This document shows, piece after piece, positions 22,700 through 35,374 of a stretch of 64,000 nt of DNA (positions are counted from its first letter, which is position 1; each line of letters begins with the position of its first letter). Below the pieces are notes generated by a model. That model ran no database searches. It worked only from the letters and a program-made list of their open reading frames with translations, and had not been told where the DNA came from. Source of the stretch: Tubulanus polymorphus (taxonomy: Eukaryota > Animalia > Nemertea); the NCBI RefSeq assembly GCF_964204645.1, contig NC_134026.1, positions 22,106,150-22,170,149 of the forward strand, given 5' to 3'. The position numbers were made by a program, and so were the translations under genes.

Positions 22700-25600
22700 A
22701 TGGACGGTCATTCGACGAGCAGTAGAAAGCACTCATTCTCTGAGTATTCCAGTGAGTGTATTCATCAATTTCAATCAGAATTTATTTCGCGTATTTTCAT
22801 CGCTCTACTTTCAGTTAGGTTGCCGAATCGTATAGGAAACATTGTGACGCTTCGAAGGAAATATTTTCGTGACTTTTTCGCTGATTCTAGAATTTTCAAT
22901 TGATTTTTGATTTGAAAGATGAAGTTAAACTTGAAAATCGGTCTAACTTTCACTCTGAAAATCTTATTTTTGCAGTCGATGAAACTGGGTTTGAACTTTG
23001 CTAAATATGATATATCACATTCGTTCGAAATTGATTTAGGCTACTTAAAAGTTTTGACTTCTTTCTATAGCTGGCTAAAAAATTGACAGATTGATCTATT
23101 CTCTTTTTTACAGGTTTGAATGGAATGTCGAGAGACCACCACGATCGCAGCTCCTACCACCACCACTCCCACCACGGCTCGGGACACGATGACAGAAGAA
23201 ACCGCCAGGGACACGATCGCGACAAGATGAAAAATTATAAGATTCTCGTCGACCCTGCTCTCGAAAAAGGCCAGCATCAGAAGGTTTATCGCTTCGACGG
23301 ATGCATGCCCGGGGTAGGTTCAAGTCTTACGTCTATTTTTTGTGTTAGATTGATATTCTGATTACCCATTCTAAAGAATTTTAGGAATGGGAGAAGTGGG
23401 TGCTTCAGGTCAATCAAAAATCACATCAATAAAATGTTCTGAGACATATTGTGTTTCCTATATTAGATACACATCTGTGGTCTAGGAGGTAAAAAATCAG
23501 CCACTCCATGCTTTTGATTGCATGCATTTGGGGAAGGTTGAAAGTGAGCAAAATTTGGAGTATTATATTTCCCCTTAGGCAAAAAATGTAGATTCATAGA
23601 AATATTGTGATTTTGTTTTCACAGGGTGTTCCTATCGAAACAAGAGATCCGCGTTTAAGATGGAACAAGATGTGGATGAAGAAACAATGCGCAGATTTAC
23701 CGGTTCCACGATTTAAGGTAGGATCCTTCGAGGGATCACATCTAATGTTTTATGATATAATCGGAAATGAAAGCAACGCGATCAGTAAAAATCGACCGTT
23801 TTCGTTTTGTTAACAGTACGATCAAAACTACGTCGGCGATCCGTTGCCGAAAGAAGTGACGTTCACAAATCTCAATGACAATATACACAGAAACTTCCTG
23901 GAAGACATGTGTAAAGTATTCGGTAAAATCGACGAAGTAAAAGTGTTTTATCATCCTCGAACGAAGAAGCATATCGGTGTCGGCCAGGTCAGTCGTCTTT
24001 CTGTGTGAAGTAATTGTGTCTTATCTGTTTATGAAGGGGTAATTAGGACATCAGGGTAGTGTATAGACAGGGTTCCTATGGCGCCTTGATTCCTTTAAAA
24101 CGGAAAATGCTTTAAAGGTGCTCGAATTAAGCAAAATACCCGAAACTCCTTTTTGAGAAATAGGCAATTGAAAAGTTTTGTCTAGTTTGTAGGTGTAGAG
24201 AAGATTTCACCTAGAAATCAATAGAATTGGGACCACAAATTTTTTTTTAACCTGCCTTAAAATTTGAAATTCTTTTACTCTAAGACTCCTTATATCCAAG
24301 AATAACTGATCAGTAAGAAACCTGTGTGTGTCATTTCGTACGGTTTATGTCATAAATATGATGTACAGAATATTTGCAATCCAATCATTAGTAGATAAGA
24401 ATGATCATACAACATATTTATTGGCGATTGATTGAAATATTGTTTGTTTTATTTCCAGGTGGTTTTCTGTTCGACTCGAGCTGCCAGAACGTGCGTAGAA
24501 AGATTGAATAATACAGCAAAAATGGGGAATGTAATGACTGTATTCGTCGATGTTATGGGTGAGTATCACAAAGTTCTTCGGATCACGGTTTATTTCTTTG
24601 TCATTTTCTATATCAAATCTCGTACTCAATCTAAGACATGACGATTGATTACAAAGCGATTGATTTGTGTGAATTTTCTCAACATGAGAAAACTTAACCG
24701 GGTTTTTCAGCAAAAAAAGAAAATCTGAAATTACGCTTTTTGTCTTGACATAGATTTTTAGAAAATTTATTTCCAATATTACGGAAACAGTACGTAAGCT
24801 ACAAAGATGTTTGCGATTTGTTTCAGGTAAAATCCGAGATACGGTTGTAAATGAATTAATAGCTCAACAAGATCGACCTCGATCCGATGAAAAGTCTGCC
24901 GAAAAACAGAAAAATGTTAAACCCGCATTTGTAAAGAAAGATCGCGAACGGCCCCGTACGCCGACCTTCTCCGATTATGGTATGGCCACGGTGCATCGCT
25001 TCAAAGACCCGGAGGAGGAACGTTTAGAACTCGAAAAGGAGAAAGAAAAGGAAAAACTCGAAAAACAGGAGAGCAAAAAGTCGGACCCGAGGGAACGGGA
25101 TCCGCGGGAACGAGTGAATTCGCGCGACGGTCGCGATCGCGGCAGCCGCGATCACGACAGCCGCGAACGCGAAAGCAAAGAACGCGACGCCGACTCTAGT
25201 TCCGGATACGGCAGCGGACTCCCGGAGACGCCGTCGTCGCATCGCACGAACACTCCGCAGCGATTCGCCGACACGCCGTCGTCGCATAGGAGTAACAACT
25301 TCTCGGAAAATACGCCGACACCCGGATACCCGGACACGCCGACGCAATATCAAACGCCGCCGGTCATGCCGTTTACGGCAGGTATGAATCCTCCGCCGTT
25401 CGTTCAGCCGGTCACGCAACAAAACTATGGATTAATGCAAAATCCGCAGATGAACTACGGCGCGGCGAATATGTCTCGGCAATTGCCGCCGAATGTGAAT
25501 TTCAACGCGCCGCCGCCGCAGACGAATTTCGCGCAGCAACCGCAAAACAGTTTCGCCGCGCAGCAGCAGAATTTCTCGCGGCCACAAAATAATTACGGCA

Positions 25601-28600
25601 TGCCGCCGAATTACGGCGTGCCAGGAGCGCCGAATTTCCGACCGGGTCAACCGATGTTCTCTCCGCAGACGAACATGCCGTTTAGTTTTAATCAGCCGAT
25701 GAATAATATGCGTTTGCCCGTGATGAACAATTCCGTACAGCCGCCGCCGCAGATGGTTCCCGCAATGAATCAAAACTTTGCGCCGTTCGGCGTACAGCCG
25801 ATTGTGAATCCTCAGAATGCTCTCGGAATGTGCGCGCCGTTTCAGTCGCCACCCCCGGTAACGACATGCGCCACAGATAATGGACAAATGAAAACGAACG
25901 ACGATGGTTCGCGTATCGAGAGTTTAGAATCGCGTATCGAATCTCTTCTGCGTTCGAAGGGCATCGGCGATTCGTTCAACAGTCCACCGGGTGGCGATCC
26001 GGAACCGATTCCCCCGCCTCCGGAACAGACACTGCCTGCGCCGCCGCCCGGTAACGGTTACGAGATGATGCCGCCTCTACCGCCGGAGTCGGACGCGAAT
26101 AACGCGGCGTGTGACAGACCACGAACTCCCGAGTGGGAGCCGCCGTCTCCCCCGACGCCACAACGGCAATCGCCGTTCATGTGGACGGATAGTAACAGTA
26201 ACCTCGGCATGGAAACGAGTATTAGTACTGCTGAATACGGATATAACGAACAGTATCACGAGGACGATATTATGATTCCTCAAGTCGGCGAAGAGAAGGA
26301 CATTTCGACCGAAATGGAAGACGGAGCCGACATCGGCGACGACAACGCCAGCAACGAAGACGATCGCATGAGTTTGTCGTCGTTGAGCAGCGGCGAACAA
26401 AAACTGGAAGTGCACACCGAGGAAGTGAACAGTAGCGATCTATTCCAATCGAATCAACAGCTCGGCCAAACGAACGTCAATCCGTTGATACCGCCGAGCT
26501 ATCAAATGACGAATCAGTGGGCGGCGAATCACGCGTTCGGTTCATACGCGCAGAACTATATGAATAATAGTCTGAGTCAGACGACGTTGGATAAAGACCC
26601 GACGGATGACACGTTCTCCGGCGTGTTGGATAAGGTCATCACCGAACTCAAACAGATAATGAAACGCGATTTGTGTAAGAAGATGGTGGAAAACGCTGCT
26701 TTCAAGTCACTCGAAGACTGGTGGGACAAAGAAGAAACAAAGGTATGCGCTCACTTGAATTGGCAACATCTATTTTGCATCTCTTAATATTCAGTTTCAC
26801 TCGAAGTTGATATCAAAAACCAAGTGGTACTTTGATAATATAAATTCTGATCAATCCTTGCTAACCTTATAATGATACGTCTTTTCTGGTTCTTTTATAT
26901 TCTTTGAATTAGATAAGAAAAACTTTCAAATTGGCTCTTGAATATAAACTTAAGTACTTAATTTTCACTAAATATGTCCTTCTAAAGAATCTTTATTCTC
27001 TGCACTTTGCATCCACACCCTCATTGCCAGGATCATGCAATACCTTTAATCAAATTTTTTTAAGCTTCAAAAGCCGACGACAGTCGAAACAGTTGTGGAT
27101 AAACCGTTGAAGTCTTCATCGGTCACCCAGGACACGACTGCATCCCTATCTGCGTTATTCGAAGTACAACATCCGTGGAAGGAAGGCGGCAGTTTCGCAG
27201 GTATTCGTGCAGGATGTGGAATCGGTGGCGGTGGACTGCTCGGTATTCGAGGTTCAGTGCCAAAGATTCCCAAGTTTCGTGTAAGTATTTACTTATGAAA
27301 GTCGATGGAAATGTTACTTGCTTGTCTCTACTTGTAAACTATTTTTGATTTGTGATGTTTTACAGAGAATGTTCCGTCCACCGTCGCCACCTGATGATAT
27401 TGATGATGATGTTAAATCATCTGAGGGTAAAACGAATAGGAAAGGTAGGTTAATCTCTGCGGCTGGGCTGTCGATACCAATCAGTTGGAGCTGGGTCCTC
27501 AATACAACTGGGTAGTGGCCACTTACCTGGAAATCAGTGAAAATTAGGGGAATTTTCTGATCTTATAAAAGTCAGGGTGTTTAGTAGAAAAGCTAAAAGA
27601 TCAGGGGGAAGGTCAGAAATCATTTGAGGTAGTAAAATGTAAATAGTTAACACCTATGTTTAACGTATTTGATTGTGTTGATTGATTGGATTCTTGGCAG
27701 GTAAATGCGAGGGAAAACAATTTACAGGGAATAGTCGGGGAAATATCAGATGTAAGTGGCCACCGCGTGACAAATATTTGAATATAAACGACGATATCGT
27801 TTATGGTCGATTTGTAGGTTACACGTCATCAAAGGCCAGAAAATCACCTAAGAAGCCACACGCTAGCAGTAAACCAACAGTGTCGATATACAGCAGTAGT
27901 AGTAGCAGCAGTAGCGAGAATGAATCCGATAGTGAAGAGGAAGAACATGCCGAGGATGTTGATGTGGAAGAAGAGGAATCGGAAAGTATGTAGTCATTTT
28001 GTTAATACAATGCTTGCATCTGTTGTCCCTGATCTTGAATTTTGAAAAAAATGTAGAAAACCTGTTTCTGATAATGGCTTGCTATTATATCCCCGTCTAA
28101 TTAACTTTTGAAAATCTTCGATTTAGGAAATCTGTTGAATCTCAGTTCATTATTAATGGCATTGTATACTGAAGTTGAATTTATATCAGTTTCAGGAGCA
28201 AGTTCGAGCGAAGACGAAAGCAGTGAATCGTCGGACAGTGATGATAGTGACAGCAGCAGTGATTCATCCGACGAAAGCAGCAGTTCCGAAGAGGAGGAAT
28301 CTATAGCACCTGAAAGCATTCAAAAGTATGCTGATTTTACATTTCATTTAACCCTTATTTCAGTGCTGAGTAATTAATACCCGAAAGTGCTGGAGATGAT
28401 TTGAAAATCTTCTGAAGATTTTTGAAGCTCAAAAATTCCACCTAACTGCGTTGAATAGCAGGCATACCACTATAGTGTATCTACTCCGCGATGCAGTGTA
28501 TCGTTAGATACTATTATTGCGCTATGTTTGACAGGTGCTGCTAATAGATATAAAAACTAATTACTATTAACATCAATACACCACGATGCGGTGTTCTAGC

Positions 28601-31522
28601 AAGTCTCTCACTGATTTATACACTGCACTACGGTGTATACACATTGAAAGGGTTGTTAATGGTGAAATCTCCCACAAGACTTAAAAGCAGCGTTTTAATC
28701 ATTGATTCTTTCATTTCAGGGATGAAAGCAAGGCCGAAGTCAGCAATATAGAAATACCGAAACGACTGGCAGTTATTGAAGAAAACAGGTACCTTCCTTT
28801 TACCTTCAGATTGTTGATAATGTTATTGGAATGAGATATGCTGCTGCATGCTATGATGTGCGTTTCGAATTTCGATTTCCTTCAGAGAACTCGTAGAACC
28901 GGTAAACAAGGAAACTTCGAAAAAGCGCGGGCGACCGCCGAAGAAGTTGTCTCCTATAAAAGAATACAAAGAGGTAGAGCGCGGCGTAATCGGTAGCAAC
29001 GCTGATCGACGTGTGGATGAATCGATGGAAACGTCGCTGTCCAATTTAGAGGATAGTTCTCCGCCGAGCGCTGCGTTCGTCGAGGAGGATGAATTGGTAA
29101 CCGACGACGTCGAAATACCGGAAAAGAAAGACGATAGAAACATCGATATTCGCAGCGATATTACTAAGGAGCCGCAGTTCGTTTTGGAACATAATTATTT
29201 CGCGAGGCCCCCGGCCATTGTCGCGCGAGATGCATCATCGACGGCAAAGGCGTCCAGCGATACGGAGGACGCCGACGAAGAATTGGAAGTGGCCGTAATT
29301 CCGCAGTTCCTATTGGAGCATAGTTACTGCGCGGTTCCGATGGTGGCGGTGAAATCGAGCGCGCGCAACGACGCCGACACCGACGCCGTTTACGAGGAAA
29401 TTCAATCGGAACTGAATAAAACGCGAGACAAATCGACGAGTTCCGACGTCGAGATGTCGCCGGTGAAAACGAAACGTTCGCCGAAGCCGAAAAAGGCCGA
29501 TAAACTGAAAGACATTACGTCTCGCATTCAGTCGAAAAGTAATCGCGGCAGTCGCGAGCTGGCGAGTTTACTGGAGGACGTGAAGTCGACGCCAGAAAAA
29601 GCGCCGCCGAAAATATTCAGCATGCGCGATCTCAACGAAGAACGCAATATCTTATACGAAATGTTTACCAAAGGTGATTGTCATGTTCAATTATTTTCTG
29701 ATATGCAAAATTTGTTTGATAGAATTGAGAGCATTTTTCTATACCTGAAAAACACAGTAGACTCTACTCAAGTAAGCCCTGTTCAAATCGGATAATCATA
29801 TGACTTGGATTTTAGTGGAAATATCTTTCTGCTCTATGAGCTAAACCCGCTGTTGACGATTTATCAGTCAAAACTTGGAAACTGTTAGAATAAGATCTTT
29901 CTTTCAATCAAATGTGGGTCTTGCTCATTAACTGTGGAATACTGAGATAAATATCAGTTTATCAGTCATGTTTCTGTCCCTACATGTATGAATTATGCCA
30001 TCACATATCCACACAAATTTATGACTTGAGCAGAGTCTCGGCAGTAACGCATTTTGCTGCTGAATTCTGTCCAGATCTGAAATGACAAAGACTTCAATCG
30101 TGAATGTTCCTTGTTTTTAGGTATCGATGCAGAGGATATTCAGTTCATGAAACGAAGCTACGAGGGTATGTTACAGGATGACAACTGTATGTACTATTGG
30201 TTGAATGATACGCATTGGGTGGACCATCCAGTAACCGACATTCCAGATCCACCGCGAAAACGCCGAAAGCTTGACGAACCAGAATTACGAAAACATACCT
30301 CAGGTAAAGTCATCTACCTCAGTTTTACCATGTAGTAAGTTTAAAAGTCTAAAAAACCCTTTTCATTCAACAGTTGTATTCAGCTAAGCTATAGGAGAAC
30401 TGTAGGAAAGTGTGGATAAAAAGTTGAATGAATGAATTTGTGCTTTTTCTCTCAGGTTGCGCACGAACGGAAGGGTTCTATAAAATCAGCGTACAAGAAA
30501 AGGCCAAGTACATGTGGAATGCTAAGAAATTGCTCGACGTGCAGCAGTTGGGTGCTGGAAAGGATAAACCAGAGGCTGTAAGTTCTTTTACGAATGTTTT
30601 CCTCAAGCGTTCTGTTCGTTGATTACGTATATAATGAATTTAGCTACGTAACGATGACTTTGTTTTGCAGGACAATAAGAATGTGAAGACTCAGGTACAG
30701 AATTCACGTGAAGCTCGTTCCAACCAACGACGTCTGCTGTCGGCTTATGGCAACCTGGTTGATTACAGTGATCTCCTTAAATTCAATCAACTGAAGGTAC
30801 GCAAAATATTTTTAATCAACGCCTAAACAAAAGAGGCTTAACTGGATCATTAAAATCCAAGATGTTGATCATTTAGAATAATTCCGTGAATGTACTTCAA
30901 ATACTAATAGTTGATAGTTGCGTCATTGAATTTCAGTTCCGAAAGAAGCAGATAAGATTCGCGAAATCGCGAATTCACGACTGGGGATTGTTCGCGTTGG
31001 AGCCGATCGCCGCCGAAGAGATGGTCATCGAGTATGTCGGACAGACGATACGAAAAACGGTCGCTGATTTCAGAGAGAAGTGCTATGAAAGCGAAGGAAT
31101 CGGTAGCAGTTATCTATTCCGCGTCGACAATGACGTGATCATTGATGCGACGAAATGCGGAAACCTGGCCAGATTCGTGAATCATTGCTGTAATGTAAGT
31201 TGCCTAGCGAAGGGGCCTAAAGATAACGTTGAACTGGGTCCTGGTTATTATTGTCATCCAACTTCAGTTACGATTACATTCAAATGGGGCTTATTTGAAA
31301 TCCAGTGTTGAGTGAAGATTGGTCATCTGAAATTTTGTGTATTTTCAGCCGAACTGTTACGCGAAGGTAATCACTGTTGATTCAGCGAAGAAGATCGTCA
31401 TTTATTCCAAAAGAGATATCGACGTCAACGAGGAGATCACCTACGATTACAAATTCCCGATCGAAGACGAAAAGATTCCGTGCCTGTGCGGAGCTCAAGG
31501 GTGTCGAGGCACATTGAATTGA
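22700..31522 (+). CDS. SETD1: Histone H3K4 methyltransferase Set1 (SETD1A/B orthologue), multi-exon
   Basis: [11 protein letters not shown]...VYRFDG N-terminus, RRM ([12 protein letters not shown]...HPRTKKHIG), [16 protein letters not shown], Ser/acidic tract, [14 protein letters not shown] motif GCARTEG, SET domain ([23 protein letters not shown]...[15 protein letters not shown]...EEITYDYKF) and post-[16 protein letters not shown]. First exon 22700-22751 splices in phase 1 to 23114. Confidence 0.96.
24068..24324. mobile_element. Decayed hAT-like MITE in a SETD1 intron
   Basis: Ends cagggttccta / gtaagaaacctg (imperfect TIR) with internal ccttga/ccttaaaa repeats. No clean TSD. Confidence 0.45.
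27515..27763. mobile_element. Decayed hAT-like MITE in a SETD1 intron
   Basis: 12-bp inverted repeat gtggccacttac / gtaagtggccac with internal (g)tcaggg repeats. Confidence 0.55.
28348..28659. mobile_element. Possible piggyBac-like MITE remnant
   Basis: ttaa-ccctt...ttcagtg at the left, cattgaa-aggg-ttgttaa at the right, with internal short palindromes (tatacactgcactacggtgtata). Confidence 0.4.
29755..30046. mobile_element. Decayed Tc1/pogo-like MITE
   Basis: cagtagactctactcaagt versus acttgagcagagtct (inverted, one mismatch). Confidence 0.55.
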
Positions 31523-32685
31523 GGGGATGATTCGTGCGACACGTAATTGGTGCTATAGATACCGGTCGATTGGAAGTCTTAACATACCAGGACCAGTGAG
31601 AGATAGCTTCACACGAGTGAAGAGTCGCTTGATAGCTACATCGATTAAAATGGATTAGGACCATAGACCAAAATGTACAAAATACCGAATATAGGGTATT
31701 ACTGCCATAAATGTATATAATTAAGATTGTACATAATAAGCTCAGTCGTTGTAAAGAATGACGAATATAATTGATGTATCACAATGCGACAATGAAGATT
31801 CTGTACATAGAAATGGATGTATGTATGTTTGTAGTCGAGATACGCACTTTATTTGTGAACAGTATCCATATGCGCCGATGTTCGAATGTTTCAAATTGTT
31901 AAGGTTATATTGTTGGTGTTTATTAGAAGTCTGTGCTAAATTACGTTGATAATATTATGGTAACGAAGTGTCCCTTTGTCGATTTCGTAATGTATGTTTT
32001 TGAAATGAAATATTTTTCTCAAGCACGCGATTTATACTCGAGCAATGATGGCTTTTAAAGCAGTGACGACTTTTGTAAGATGTGTCTCGCGATTATTTGT
32101 CTTATGTACCCGTAGTCAGTATGTAATTAAGTTAATATCAAGTAGTTCATTAAAATGCACTAATCGCACTTGTGTGGAAATATATACATATTTCCAGTAA
32201 AACAGTACCAATCAGTAAATGGATTTTGATAAGCTCCGATGACCGTAACTTATATTTATGGAAAAATTGTGCAATATCCTCATTCAAAGGTCTAATCTTC
32301 AAAGGTTCATGCGATCAAGGGACACTTTAAACAATTGGCTTTTCAAGTTGTAAATTAAAAAAGACATTAGTTAATAACTATGTAATTACGTACATAGATG
32401 TTTTGTACATACCCGGTATATTAAATGGCATTTTCAATTGTAGCAGATGAGTTCGAATTTTGTATTTTGCTCTTAAACATTGACAAAAAAATGTGGTTTG
32501 TAAATAAATAGATATCTCAAGACGTACCGTTTTGATGAACTTTTTAAATAAATTATGTTGTAGCCTAAGTTGTTTTTAACCGAAGAGAGGGAGACACCGC
32601 AAAGATAATACAATGCAAAATAGAGTTGACAATTGAATATTCTATTTTTATTAAACGAAAAAAAAAATGAGGAACTTAATTAGAT

Positions 32686-34868
32686 TCACTCGCAGAAGCG
32701 TCCGATGCATAGGGAGGCATTTGTACCACCAAAACCAAATGAATTTGTCAAAGCTTTCAAATTGCCGTCGGTATTCGTATAAGTTTCATTACCGGTAGTT
32801 CGTAAATAGTCTAATTCTACCGGACTGTCAACATCATTTAAGTTCAATGTATGCGGTAGTTTTCGTTGTTGACAGGCTAACGCTGTGAATACTGTCTCTA
32901 TTGCTCCCGCTGCGCCTAATAAATGTCCTACAGCACCTTTCGTCGACGAGACTTTCATTTGCGAGCCGAACAAGCGCGAAATCGCGCTCGCTTCGGCTGA
33001 ATCGCCCTGCGGGGTGGAAGTCGCGTGAGTGTTTATGTATCCGATATCTGAAGGGTCTAAACACGCATTTCTAAGCGCCGACTGCATACAGCGATAGGCA
33101 CCTTGTCCATCGTTAGGCGGCGCTGTAATATGATGCGCGTCCCCGGATAAACCGTACCCGAGAACCTCGGCGATGATTTCGGCGCCTCTGTTTTTAGCGT
33201 GGTTGAGTTCCTCGAGTACGAGTATAGCGGAACCTTCCGACATGACGAAACCGTCTCGGTGTTTATCGTACGGACGAGATGCTTCCGACGGTGCGTCGTT
33301 GAATTTCGTGCTGAGCGCGCGTAAACGACAGAATCCGGCGAACGCGAATGGATTGATGGAAGCTTCCGTTCCACCGCAGATCATCACTTTGGCGTCGCCG
33401 CTCTGAATGAAACGAGTCGCGTCTCCGATGGCGTGGAGACCGGTCGTGCAAGCTGTCGACACTGCATGATTTGGCCCCTGGAAATAAAGAAATAATACAT
33501 ACTAAAAAATTGAAGTCATGTCCTTATTTCTGTTGAGGATAAAAGTTGACCCAGCCAACCATCTACCTACCATCTAATTTTTCGAAATCATGATCGAGCA
33601 AACAATAACAGACCCGGGAGCTATAGAAATGGGTTGATTACAACTTTTTTGCCGTTAACAAAATGACCTGGCCGAAGGGGGAAACATGGTATAATTTTAT
33701 TTTATCCTTATGTATCATTGCACTATAATTCACCTGAAGTCCATATAGTTGACTGATGTAACCAGCGGGCATGTTGATTAGGATTCTCGGAATAAAGAAC
33801 GGACTAACTTTGTTGTAACCTTTCTGACGTAGATTGTCACCAGTTGTAACTACGTCATCTAAGCCAACCATACCCATTCCTACAGCTACCCCTATGGAAT
33901 GAAATGTTCAGTTCAGTGTAAACGGTAAATATGTCTTGATAGATTTTACTTGAAGTGCATGTTATGTGTCGTCTTAATTCTATTGAGGTTGCTAGGTCAT
34001 TCCAGAGCATATTGAATAAGAGCTAGAAGTTAAAATCATAAATAATAATACATAGCCTATAGATTCAGCCTAAAATCTATTGGTTTTACATTACATATAA
34101 AAAGAAATGGAGAGAAATCTAAAAACGAGTTTGACTAATAGAACGATAACCACACTCAAACGTGGTGAACGGATAATAAGATAAAAGCCCACTATCTACA
34201 GATTAAAAGAATTTAAAAACAAGGATTTATTTATTCAATCTAAAATATATAGAATACACGACGTTTCGATCTCACCCTAGAGATCATCGTCAGGTGTTTG
34301 ACTAAGTTTTTATGAACAAATGGGTTTTGAGATTAGATTTACGAAGATCAAGTCATATACTCACAGACCTGTACTGGCTTTCTCCTCCTCTGTAGTTGGA
34401 CTCCACCGCGCGTGTGATAAAGCCTCGCCTGCTGCTACAACTGCGTAAGCCGACCCTAGACTCATTTCTTTCAGTTGGCGTTTGGAGAAATGTTCCTCCA
34501 AGTTCAACAATGATTCTCCTGTTCCTCTAGGTACGTAGCCAGCAACTTGACAAGGTATCTTCTCAAATCCTATAAAAGGATTAGAATAATTCAGCTGAAT
34601 TCTTATTTTTCACGTGATACTAGACTCATAACAATACCAACGTACCTTCACCAATAACATTCCTGATTCCACATTTTCCTTCGAGCAGTCGCTCCCATAC
34701 GTGGTTAGCACCAACACCCAGACATGAAACAACACCCATACCAGTGATAACAACTCTAGAACGAGGTGGCAGAGTAACCATTCTGGAATGCAGATGCCTG
34801 ACTGAATGACAAGCATTCACGAATGCAGTCTCTAATGACCCTTTCCCTTTTATACCAGTGATCAACAT
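32686..34868 (-). CDS. OXSM: Mitochondrial 3-oxoacyl-ACP synthase (KAS II/FabF-like), 4 coding exons
   Basis: [28 protein letters not shown], catalytic [53 protein letters not shown]. Basic N-terminal presequence-like segment. Confidence 0.95.
34139..34295 (-). mobile_element. Short Penelope-like element (PLE) fragment inserted in OXSM intron 33892-34368
   Basis: Flanked by the direct repeat gtttgactaa (34129-34138, 34296-34305). Carries a hammerhead followed by AATAAA on the minus strand (34226-34235). Confidence 0.7.
34256..34297 (-). ncRNA. Minimal type I hammerhead ribozyme (Penelope-type)
   Basis: Minus strand reads ACAC-CUGACGA-U-GAUCUC-uagggu-GAGAUC-GAAAC-GUC-GUGU. The core is complete, with stem I ACAC/GUGU, a 6-bp stem II and a palindromic minimal stem III (ACGU). 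Predicted cleavage is after GUC, between 34260 and 34259. Confidence 0.85.
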
Positions 34869-35374
34869 CGTCTAGAAAAAAGGTAGCATTCAGTTAATTT
34901 TGCTGCAGGACAGCCATATATAGTGAAAGGTCAGTTTCCAGAGCAGTGGTTTAGTTTCACGACTTCAAATTTCTCAGAATCAAAATAGAGCCTTCCTTAT
35001 TAATCAAACCAACAACAACAATGTCTCAAATGACAATAGGTTATTCAACTGTAGGGGTCCAGGGGAGAAAGAAAACAACACATCCTAGCAAGCCTGGGCA
35101 TTCTTTGACTAACATTTGGCTTACATTAAAGGGGATTTCTAGATGAATTTTCCACAGAATCGTCATTAAATCATCTTAATTTGGTGAATATTTTTGAGCC
35201 TCATTGACAATAAGTAGGTCAATATTGTAGCTCCACAAAATAGGAACATTCGGAACTGAAAGGCTGACATTAGATTAGGATGTTTTCGGAGCCACCCGTT
35301 TTTCTTGACACTAGCAATTATTTCAAGGTCGTTGATCTATTCGTCTGTGGTGGCGAAATTGAAATGTCAAATTG

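Noticed and set aside
25024-26415. Several antisense ORFs up to 151 aa within the large SETD1 exon
   Set aside because: Expected from GC-rich, low-complexity coding sequence. The same applies to the antisense ORFs over OXSM and the kinase.
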